Below, piece by piece: positions 23,877 to 34,100 of a stretch of 64,000 bases of DNA (positions within the stretch are counted from its first letter, which is position 1; every line of letters begins with the position of its first letter). The notes under the pieces are model-generated. The model had not been told where the DNA came from. It saw only the letters and a program-made list of their open reading frames with translations, and ran no database searches. The DNA lies in contig OZ024742.1 in assembly GCA_964016885.1 (NCBI GenBank), forward strand, positions 121,396,001 to 121,460,000. The letters run 5' to 3'. The position numbers were made by a program, and so were the translations under genes. This DNA is from Eledone cirrhosa. Its lineage: Eukaryota.

Positions 23877-25978
23877 TTACCGTACTTTTGGTAGAGGAGG
23901 GATGGTTTTTACATCCCTTTTCACTTGATCGTCTGGTGAAGGGACCGTTGAATCGTCCCTTCGGCTGGTCGTCGGCTCTTCTAAGAGAATGTCTGAGTAT
24001 ACTCTTCGATTGATGGTTCCTCCTAGGTCCCTGAAATCACCAACTGCGTTGGGGAATTTCGTTTTAATATTTGTGTATTGTTTCTGTGCTATTTTTAGCA
24101 GTCTTATGTTAGTTGGCGTTTTGATTGGTGCTGGTATTATGTAGTCCTGTTGTGAAATGTCTGTGTGTTCATTATGTAAGTCATTAGTTTCTTGTTGTGT
24201 GTATTTATTGCCGTGCATTTGTTTTTCTGGGGGTGGGGTGTGGTTCTGCTATTTTCTTGTCGTTGTTGCTGGGTGTGTGTGTTTTGTTGTTGTGTTTGCG
24301 ATGTTGGTGCTTGTGGTGGTGGTGTTGAAGGTGTTGTTGGCGGTGGGGTTGTCGCCGGTGGTGATGGTGGCGCTAGTGTGGGTGGTGATGGTGTTGGTGT
24401 TGTTGCTGCTGTGGGTCTCTTTGCAGTAGACTTTACCCATTTCTCATTTCTTTCCTCCCTTTTCAAAGGCGACGATGCGCTGCTTCTGCGTTTGTGCCTT
24501 CTTACGACCTTTTGCCATCTCTCTCCCACCTCACACTCCATGTCTGATTCTGTGAGGTCGGGGAGGGGTACCAACTCCACTCTTTCACTTGTTGTTGTTG
24601 GTGATGTTTGCACTGGAGTCTCTGTTGCAGCTGCATTTGGTATTGCTGTTGTTGTTGTTAGTATTTCCACTGCTGCTGCTGTTTTTGATTTCCGTGGAGT
24701 GGGTATGGGTGCCACGGGCCTATCGTTCCTGGTTGCCGCTTGTCCTGTTGCTGGTAGCCGTGGAGCCGGATTCGGAAGGAGGGGGGTTTTCTCCTTTCTC
24801 AGGGTCTTCTCGTTGCAGAAGGCCCTGAGGTGAGTCTTCGATCCACAGCGAAAGCATTTCGGGCGTTTGCCCTCAACACTTATGGGCAGTTGAGTGCCGT
24901 TATCGAAGTCTATCACATCCGGGATAGCTTCGATGCACTCCTGGTTGGTTTGGATTAGAATCTCAATGGAGGAGCCGACCCAATCTTCTCTTACTTTTTT
25001 CTGTACTTGCAGTACAGTTGTTTTGTCCTCGATTCCGACGAGGACAGACGCGGCCAGCCAAGAAGGGGTCATTCCGGGGGGGGGGGGGGACGTGGGTCAG
25101 TTTGACCCTCACAATTTTTTGCCCACAGTAGGAGGGCACCAACACCATTTCCTCGCTCCTTAGGGTCACTACTGATTGGGCCTTTGCCTCCTGGGGTGTG
25201 GCAAAAAGTACGTCTACGGTGGCATATTTTTTGCCTCGGGTGATGTGCGTTTTCCGCTGCCACACAGACCCCAAGGCTTTTTGTATTTGGGCCTCTGTGG
25301 CTCTTTCCACCCTACGGGATTTTGTACTTACTGTACGGTACGTGACCGTACAGTGTTTTGGGTTTCGAAAAAATTTTTCGCTGCCTTGCAGATTGCTCGG
25401 TGTCCGTTCTTTGTCACCATCTTCTTCGCTTCCTCTAATTCCTCATTTGTTATGAGGATTGTTTCCAAGTTTTTCGCAATACCTGCAAATGAGATTGGTT
25501 TTTCTCTGCTGTTGTTGTTGTCGTCAGAGCTGCTGGTACTTTTGTTGTTGCTGCAGGTACTACGACTACTGCCTCCGCCGCTGTTGCTGTGGTTGTTGTT
25601 GGTGTTGCTGCTGCTAATGCTGTTGTTGTTTATGCTGCTGGTGATGCTGTTGCGGCTGCTACTGTTGTTTTCATTGTCACTGTTGCTGTTGTTATTACGG
25701 CTGCTACTGCTATTATTCCTGACGTCAGACGAATGAACTGGGTTTTCGTATTTCCCGCACACCTGTTTCGTCGCTGTCGTCGTCGTCGTGGAGAAACCTT
25801 GCACGCTTTGCACGAGACTTTTCTTTTCTTTCGTCATTTGCGAAAGAGAAGGGAGGGAGAGAGACACATTTAAAGAAGGGAGGGAGAGAGACAATCTTCT
25901 CTCTGCTGTAGTGATGATTGAGGAAGAAGAAGACGGAATGAGTGGGAGTGACGTATGAAATTTCTTTTTCGTAGCCAT
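23877..25978 (-). pseudogene. Tx1-B ORF1, split by about 3 frameshifts
   Basis: ORF pieces 25328-25978, 24963-25310, 24137-25072 and 23877-24218 join into a homologue of A ORF1 (SFAGIAK, QIQKALG, LVPSYCGQ, CFRCGSKTHLRAFC). Breaks lie at or near homopolymers, e.g. G14 at 25076-25089. Confidence 0.82.
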
Positions 25979-26185
25979 GTTGTTTTTTTGTTTAAAATGA
26001 AATTTTGGGTACAAAACCCCAATAACTGGTTATTTAACCCCGAAGGGCCAAATAACGGACAGAAAGACCCCTCTCACGAGGAGGAGGGTGTCTTTATCAA
26101 CAATTTGGTTCAAGTTTTAAACAATTTACAATTGTTTTAACGGTTAAAAATTACTATACCTTACAGAGCCGAGCCTCCGTAAACC

Positions 26186-29170
26186 ATGGCATTCAATAAT
26201 AATAATAATAATGATGATCTGAATACTGAGATAAATAAAACCTGGAACAGAGATACGGCCACTGAGGAGATGAATGCTGACGGGCTAGGACAAGATTCGG
26301 TTGACATCCTAAATTTAGTGGTAGATGAATTGAACAATGATAGTGGGAGACCTATGAACCTAAGATTTGTAGACAGGAAAAAGTTAAAAGAAACAACAGC
26401 TAAGGTAAACAAAGTCATCCCATACCTTGAGGCGAGGAGCCTTCACCAGTGCAACAATATCCTCAAAGCAACAGCAAATACGGTGAGGAAACTACTTGGT
26501 ATAAAAGCGAGAGGAAACAACAGACAAGAAAGAGCAGAGCCGTGGTGGAAGAAACGACTGAGTGGTCAAATCGGGGAAATGAGAAATGACATAGGAAAGC
26601 TTGAGTCACTACTGAATGGGACACTAAAAAACATAGGCACTAAAAATAGACTGGAAATAAAGTACAAAACTAGGAGGGAAAAGCTAAATATTATCATAGA
26701 GGAACTGAAGCAACGCATTGTAACAAAGAGTGCAAAAATCAGGCGATACGAGAACAGAGTCAGTCAGTATAAACAGAACCACATGTTCGACAACAACCAG
26801 AAGATGCTGTTTGGACAGCTTGAGGGGAAAGAAAGAGGCAACGACTTGATCCCTGGGGCGGAGCAAACTAAAACATTCTGGAGAGGAATATGGGAGCAGG
26901 ATGTTAGACATAATGTCCAGGCAGGGTGGATTGAGACAGTACAGAGGGAGATCGGTGAGCAGGCACACCAACAAACTGATTTGAGTATCACAGTTGAAAC
27001 TCTTAAGGGGCAGGCCAAAAAACTGACCAACTGGAAATCACCAGGCCCAGATGGTGTGCAGGGGTATTGGATTAAAAATTTAACATCCCTCCACCCGAAG
27101 CTGACGGCCATGTTCAATGACTGCTTGGTGTCGGGTGAGGTGCCAGAGTGGTTGACAAAAGGTACCACAGTTCTGATAATGAAAGACCGAATCAAGGGTA
27201 ATGATGTTGCCAATTATAGACCTATCACATGTCTGTCCGTAATGTGGAAACTATTGACGAGCATTGTGTCTGAGGAAATCTACCATCACCTCCACACAAA
27301 CAACTTGTTACCGGACGAACAGAAAGGATGCCGAAAGAAGTCACGTGGTACAAAGGACCAGTTACTTATTGATAAGATGGTAATGGGGAATTGCAGGAGG
27401 AGACACACTGATCTTGCCATGGGATGGATAGACTACAGAAAGGCATTTGACATGGTGCCTCATTCTTGGATCAGCAAAAGCCTGGAGATCTTCAGGGTGG
27501 CAGATAACATCAGACAGCTGCTGGGCAGGAGTATGGGGTCCTGGGAGACAGAGTTGACATCAACTGGAGTATCCTTGGGAAGCGTGAAGATCAAGAGAGG
27601 TATCTTCCAGGGAGATAGCCTGTCCCCTCTGTTGTTTGTCCTTGCCCTGATGCCCTTGACCATTATGCTGCGAAAAGTGAGAGCAGGATACAAGTTGGGA
27701 AAGGGAGAGCTTACCATCAATCACCTCCTCTTCATGGACGATCTTAAGCTCTTCGGGAAAAGTGAGAAGGAGTTGGATGTGCTTGTTGACACTGTCCGTA
27801 TTTTCAGCAGTGATATATGTATGCAGTTTGGTATTAGTAAATGTGGAGTCATTGTGATGAGGAGGGGTAGGTTGAGCAGAAGTAACGGGATCCAGATACC
27901 AACAGGTGAGATGATAAAGGAAATTGACTCTGAGGAAGGATACAAGTATTTGGGCGTTCTGGAGGCTGATGGCATAAAGAACAAAAAAATGAAGGAATTG
28001 TTAAGAACTGAATACATTCGGAGAGTAAGGAGCGTATTGAAGTCACATCTGAACAGCAGAAATGCCATAAGCGCAGTAAATTCCCGAGCTGTGTCTATTA
28101 TTAGGTACAGTGCGGGAATTCTGAGATGGAATGTTGCTGAACAAAAAGAAATGGATAGGAAGACTAGGAAGCTATTGACTATCTACAACATGTTCCACAA
28201 GAGGAGTGATGTCGATAGACTCTACCTAAGGAGATCTGAGGGTGGAAGAGGTCTTATCAGCATAGAGGACTGTGTTCAGATGGAGAAAAACAACCTATAC
28301 AAATACGTGACCTATAGTAAGGAGCCAATGCTCAGAACTGTACTGAAGGAGGGGACAGTAGGCCATGGGATATCCAAGGAGGAAATAACATCAAGGAGGA
28401 AGAGCAGCCTTAAGGGAAAATCCCTTCATAGTACCTTCTTTGAGAAAACTGAATTTAGAGATCCACAGACATGGAACTGGTTGAGAAGAGGAGACCCCAA
28501 AAAGGCTACAGAAGGAATGCTAATGGCTGCGCAGGAGCAGGCCCTCAAAACGAAGTGGTTGAAGCACCATATTTACAAGGAGGAGGCTAGCCCACTGTGC
28601 AGGATCTGTGGAGCGAGAGAGGAGACTGTGGCTCACATTGTGTCCGAGTGTAAACACCTAGCCCAGACCCACTATAAGGGCTGGAGACACGATGTGATGG
28701 GCAGGGTGATCCACTGGCACCTGTGCAAAGTAAACAATTTACCACATTCTGAGAAATGGTATGAGCATAGGCCAGAGGCGGTGATGGAGAACAATCAGGT
28801 GAAGGTGCTGTGGGATTTTAGGATACAGACGGACAAAAAACTGGAACACAATAGACCTGACCTGGTGGTTGTGGACAAAGAAAAAAGATCGTGTCTGATT
28901 GTGGATGTAGCCTGCCCTTTCGACACGAGAGTGCAAGAGAAGGAGAGGGAGAAAATTAACCGATACCAGGACCTAAAGTGGGAGGTGAAAAGGATTTGGA
29001 ACTGCCATGAAGTCAAAGTGATCCCGATTGTCATAGGCGCACTGGGGACTATCTCCAAAAGTTTCCAGGGATGGTTAAAGAAAATCGGCCCCTTCACGCT
29101 TTTTGGAACGCTTCAAAAGGCATGCTTGCTTGGAACAGCAAGAACCCTCCGATACGTCCTGAATATCTGA
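26186..29170 (+). CDS. open RT-RLE frame of the truncated Dong copy (994 aa, start supplied by flank)
   Basis: IDYRKAFD, GIFQGDSLSP, LFMDD, CRIC..H..C, RHD, RPDLVV..D..K; the first residues MAFNNNNNN derive from the Tx1-B antisense strand plus (AAT)n. Confidence 0.75.
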   Translation: MAFNNNNNNDDLNTEINKTWNRDTATEEMNADGLGQDSVDILNLVVDELNNDSGRPMNLRFVDRKKLKETTAKVNKVIPYLEARSLHQCNNILKATANTVRKLLGIKARGNNRQERAEPWWKKRLSGQIGEMRNDIGKLESLLNGTLKNIGTKNRLEIKYKTRREKLNIIIEELKQRIVTKSAKIRRYENRVSQYKQNHMFDNNQKMLFGQLEGKERGNDLIPGAEQTKTFWRGIWEQDVRHNVQAGWIETVQREIGEQAHQQTDLSITVETLKGQAKKLTNWKSPGPDGVQGYWIKNLTSLHPKLTAMFNDCLVSGEVPEWLTKGTTVLIMKDRIKGNDVANYRPITCLSVMWKLLTSIVSEEIYHHLHTNNLLPDEQKGCRKKSRGTKDQLLIDKMVMGNCRRRHTDLAMGWIDYRKAFDMVPHSWISKSLEIFRVADNIRQLLGRSMGSWETELTSTGVSLGSVKIKRGIFQGDSLSPLLFVLALMPLTIMLRKVRAGYKLGKGELTINHLLFMDDLKLFGKSEKELDVLVDTVRIFSSDICMQFGISKCGVIVMRRGRLSRSNGIQIPTGEMIKEIDSEEGYKYLGVLEADGIKNKKMKELLRTEYIRRVRSVLKSHLNSRNAISAVNSRAVSIIRYSAGILRWNVAEQKEMDRKTRKLLTIYNMFHKRSDVDRLYLRRSEGGRGLISIEDCVQMEKNNLYKYVTYSKEPMLRTVLKEGTVGHGISKEEITSRRKSSLKGKSLHSTFFEKTEFRDPQTWNWLRRGDPKKATEGMLMAAQEQALKTKWLKHHIYKEEASPLCRICGAREETVAHIVSECKHLAQTHYKGWRHDVMGRVIHWHLCKVNNLPHSEKWYEHRPEAVMENNQVKVLWDFRIQTDKKLEHNRPDLVVVDKEKRSCLIVDVACPFDTRVQEKEREKINRYQDLKWEVKRIWNCHEVKVIPIVIGALGTISKSFQGWLKKIGPFTLFGTLQKACLLGTARTLRYVLNI

Positions 29171-29243
29171 GGCTGCAGGTAGTGGCTTGATATTCATTCC
29201 AACGGACTTTCCAGTTAACCAACATCAATGACTGAGATTCAAG

Positions 29244-29244
<1 letters not shown>
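26213..29244 (+). mobile_element. R4/Dong-type RLE retrotransposon, 5'-truncated copy (subfamily a)
   Basis: Near-identical to 32682-35712; (AAT)n on both sides (26195-26212, 29245-29307). Confidence 0.94.
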
Positions 29245-29307
<63 letters not shown>

Positions 29308-29308
<1 letters not shown>

Positions 29309-29481
29309 TGGTTAAAGAAAATTAGTCCAGCCCCGCTTTTTGGAACACTTCAAAAGGCATGCCTGCTGGGAACAGCAAGAACCCTCCGATACTTCCTGAA
29401 TATCTGAGGCTGCAGGTAGTGGCTTGATATTTATTTCAACAAACTTTCCAGTTAAATAACATCAATGACTGAGACTCAAAG
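29308..29481 (+). mobile_element. Dong 3' stub, 174 bp (subfamily b)
   Basis: Last codons WLKKI...QKACLLGTARTLRY plus 3' UTR, between (AAT)n tracts. Confidence 0.92.
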
Positions 29482-29508
29482 AATAATAATAATAATAATA
29501 ATAATAAT

Positions 29509-31111
29509 CACATGACATTCCAGTCTCCACTTCACCGTTATTCGAACTGTTTAGGTTCGACATTTAAACACTCTTATCGAGGATTGGTGAATGTATGATT
29601 TCATCACCCCCGGTGATTTGATCACCCCCGATGATTTTAGCGTGGCACTATCACGCTGTAGACGAACATAAACAAACAAACAAACAAATAGGTAAAAACC
29701 CCCCAAATTAAGCATAAGTTTCATTGTAATGTAATGTTTGAATGTCTGACTTAGTTTTTTTGCTTGTCTATCTGTCTGTTTGTTTTTCTTTTCTTTTTTC
29801 TTTTCTTTACGTTTTTCGTTGCTGCTGTGCTGTTTCGATTTTGAATTTTGATTTTTTGATTTTTTGACCGGGTCATCAAATCAGTCTATTTATATCTTTT
29901 GATGCCTTTCTCATTTTGTGGGAATACTACGATGCCTGTCTTAGCAGGAGGTAGTGGGAAAGAATAGCGGCGGTAGCGATAATGAGGCAGTGGTGGTGGT
30001 AGTGATGTGCTAGTAGTATTTAGCAGGAGGTAGTGGGAGAAAATAGCGGCGGTAGCGATAATGAGGCTGTGGTGGTGGTGATGTGATCGTAGTACTGTAG
30101 TGATGGTGTTGAAGTTGAAGTAGAAATAGAAGTTGAGGTAACTTGACTAGAGTTTTTGGCGTGGTAGTGGTGATGGTGGCGGTGTTGGTGTTGGTGGTGA
30201 AATTATTTGCATGTCTGTCCACTTAGCCATTTTTCTCTTTTTCGACTATAACATTTCTGATCCAAAATTAAATATTAAATATTGGGGCCCTATGCCGTAA
30301 TGTGATGCGTTGTCGCTTGCTGAGAGTCAAAACTGTAATCTTATATTTCATTTGTAATAAGAATTATTCTATCACAGTTGTTTTAAATAAGTAAAAATCA
30401 AAAACTTACGGGAGCGATTCCATAACGATATATATCCACCATGTGCGTTTTCTTCCCTTTTCTTCCCTGTGCAGGATCTGTGGAGAGAGAGAGAGGAAAC
30501 TGTGGCTCAAATTGTATCCGAGTGTAAACACCTAGCCCAGACTCACTATAAAGGCTGGAGACATGATGTGATGGGCAGGGTGATCCACTGGCACCTAAGC
30601 AAAGTAAACAATTTACCACATTCTGAGAAGTGGCATGAGCATAAGCCAGAGTCGGTGATAGAAAACGATCAGGTGAAGGTGCTGTGGGATTTTAGGATAC
30701 AGACGGACAAGAAACTGGAACACAATAGACCTGACCTGGTGGTTTTGGACAAGGAAAAAGATCGTACCTGATTGTGGATGTGGCCTGCCCATTCGACACG
30801 AGAGTGCAAGAGAAGGAGAGGGAGAAAATTAACCGATACCAGGACTTAAAGTGGGAGGTAAAAAGGATTTGGAACTGCCATGAAGTCAAATTGGTCCCGA
30901 TTGTCATAGGCGCACTAGGTACTATCTCAAAAAGTTTCCAGGGATGGTTAAAGAAAATTGGCCCCGCCCCGCCTTTTGGAACACTTCAAAAGGCATGCTT
31001 GCTGGGAACAGCAAGAACCCTCCGATACGTCCTGAGGCTGCAGGTAGTGGCTTGATATTCATTTCAACAAACTTTCCAGTTAACTAACATCAATGACTGA
31101 GACTCAAAGAA
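29509..31111. mobile_element. 5'-inverted Dong copy (subfamily b): inverted leader 29509-30466 plus forward 3' fragment 30467-31111
   Basis: The minus strand of 29509-30457 is homologous to 31169-32268; 30467 onward matches 35064-35712; (AAT)n on both sides. Confidence 0.88.
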
Positions 31112-31112
31112 C

Positions 31113-31168
<56 letters not shown>

Positions 31169-34100
31169 GGGAAGAAGACGCACGAGGTGACGGAGGTCAT
31201 GAAATCGCTCCCGTAAGTTTTGAATTTTTAACATATTTAAATCATTTGTGAAATAACAACTCTTAGTACAAATGCTACGTAAAGCACCCGGCTTGAGCCC
31301 CAAAAAATTCGGACCCCAAATATATTGTTATAAGGCTCAAATATTCAAATATTCAACTTTGTATTGTACACTGTATATCCAAAAAAGAAAATGGCTATAA
31401 ATGGAAGAAGAACCCCCCTCCTCTCCTCTGTCTACACTATATAGAACAGCCAAACTCACCAACACCAGAAACTAGATACACCACCCACCCCATCACCTGT
31501 GTCCACTAAACACAACAGCCAGATAACGGCATTTTCACCACCACCGCTCACTACGGCCATCATTACCACCATTATCCCATCACCGCCGCCACCACCCCTT
31601 CACTCCTCCACTGCTACCACCGCTACAGCACCATCACTACAGTAATACGGTCACATCACCGCCACCACTGCCTCGGTATCGACATCACCACCACCACTGT
31701 CTCAGTATTGCTACCGCCGCCAGTCTCCCACTTCTTCCAGCTGGCTGCTGCCACCACATTATAGAATCCCTACTGCTAAAAAAGAGGAAGGCATCAAAAT
31801 AGATAGATAGACTCAAAAGAAAAAAGAAAAAAGATAAAACAAACAACAAAACCAAAGCAGCACAGCAACAACAGCAAAAAACGAGAAAAACAAACAGAGA
31901 AAAACAAAAACAAAAAAACCCCCCAAAAAACGTAAAGAAAATAAGAATGAAGAGAGAAGCAGGCGGACGGACAGAGAAGAGGGGGGAGAAACTAAAACTT
32001 AAAAAACAAAAACTAAGTCAGACATTCGAACACTACATTACAATGAAACTTATGCTTATTCATTTTTGGGGCCCTTTCTGCCTGTGTGTTTGTTTGTTTA
32101 TGTGTGTTCGTATACAGCGTGGTGATAGTGCCACACAAGGGCCAAGTGGAATGGCGGATCCACAGATGGCTATGTAACCATACATTCGCCAATCCTCGAT
32201 AAGAGTGTTTAAATATCGAACATAAACAGTTCGAATAACGGTGAAATGGAGACTAGAACGTCATGTGACAGACTCTCACCCAACAGGTGCCCCCTGGCTC
32301 AGCAGCAGGAACCTGACTGTCAACCAAATACTGCTGATGTTGGAGGAAGGAGAAGAAGGAAAGGGGCCAGAACCAACTGGACGAAAGAATTGAATAGAAC
32401 TGTTATGCAATGTTACCTGAAAAGTAACCCCAAGGAGAGGGGCTACAGGAGACGGATGCATAACATCTGGAACGAGATTGGTTTATTTAAATTAGATGAA
32501 CAAAAATTGGCCGGGCAGGCTCGGGTAATAAGAACGAATGGGTGGATAAGCGAGCTGGAACTGGAGGAACTGAGCAGAGAGAATGGCTTGGAGATGGCGG
32601 GTGTAGTATGCCAGACAAGCGAGCCAGTGGGAAATGAAGGTGAAGAGGTCCTGAGAACGGAGGAACCACCCGAAGCAGACAATGATCTGAATACTGAGAT
32701 AAATAATACCTGGAACAGAGATACGGCCACTGAGGAGATGAATGCTGACGGGCTAGGACAAGATTCGGTTGACATCCTAAATTTAGTGGTAGATGAATTG
32801 AACAATGATAGTGGGAGACCTATGAACCTAAGATTTGTAGACAGGAAAAAGTTAAAAGAAACAACAGCTAAGGTAAACAAAGTCATCCCATACCTTGAGG
32901 CGAGGAGCCTTCACCAGTGCAACAATATCCTCAAAGCAACAGCAAATACGGTGAGGAAACTACTTGGTATAAAAGCGAGAGGAAACAACAGACAAGAAAG
33001 AGCAGAGCCGTGGTGGAAGAAGCGACTGAGTGGGCAAATCGGGGAAATGAGAAATGACATAGGAAAGCTTGAGTCACTACTGAATGGGACACTAAAAAAC
33101 ATAGGCACTAAAAATAGACTGGAAATAAAATACAAAACTAGGAGGAAAAAGCTAAATATTATCATAGAGGAACTGAAGCAACGCATTGTAGCAAAGAGTG
33201 CAAAAATCAGGCGATACGAGAACAGAGTCAGTCAGTATAAACAGAACCGCATGTTCGACAACAACCAGAAGATGCTGTTTGGACAGCTTGAGGGGAAAGA
33301 AAGAGGCAACGACTTGATCCCTGGGGCGGAGCAAACTAAAACATTCTGGAGAGGAATATGGGAGCAGGATGTTAGACATAATGTCCAGGCAGGGTGGATT
33401 GAGACAGTACAGAGGGAGATCGGTGAGCAGGCACAGCAACAAACTGATTTCAGTATCACAGTTGAAACTCTTAAGGGGCAGGCCAAAAAACTAACCAACT
33501 GGAAATCACCAGGCCCAGATGGTGTGCAGGGGTATTGGATTAAACATTTAACATCCCTCCACCCGAAGCTGACGGCCATGTTCAATGACTGCTTGGTGTC
33601 GGGTGAGGTGCCAGAGTGGTTGACAAAAGGTACCACAGTTCTGATAATGAAAGACCGAATCAAGGGTAATGATGTTACCAACTATAGACCTATCACATGT
33701 CTGTCCGTAATGTGGAAACTGTTGACGAGCATTGTGTCTGAGGAAATCTACCATCACCTCCACACAAACAACTTGTTACCGGACGAACAGAAAGGATGCC
33801 GAAAGAAGTCACGTGGTACAAAGGACCAGTTACTTATTGATAAGATGGTAATGGGGAATTGCAGGAGGAGACACACTGATCTTGCCATGGGATGGATAGA
33901 CTACAGAAAGGCATTTGACATGGTGCCTCATTCTTGGATCACCAAAAGCCTGGAGATCTTCAGGGTGGCAGACAACATCAGACAGTTGCTGGGCAGGAGT
34001 ATGGGGTCCTGGGAGACAGAGTTGACATCAACTGGAGTATCCTTGGGAAGCGTGAAGATCAAGAGAGGTATCTTCCAGGGAGATAGCCTGTCCCCTCTGT

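Larger units (their letters stand above)
20160..26194 (-). mobile_element. Tx1-group non-LTR retrotransposon, copy B, apparently full length
   Basis: 5' end follows (TTA)n at 26195-26212; about 215-nt 5' UTR, ORF1, ORF2, and a 3' end ccttgtggttaataaagaaatc-attattat abutting copy A. Confidence 0.92.

Noticed and set aside
32178-32248. HDV-like ribozyme (TCCTCG loop, ttc(a/g)cc/ggtgaa pairing, tcgaac/gttcga hairpin) before the Dong ORF
   Set aside because: No convincing P1/P3 or catalytic C could be fitted, it is far from the element 5' end, and part of it is probably coding in subfamily b.
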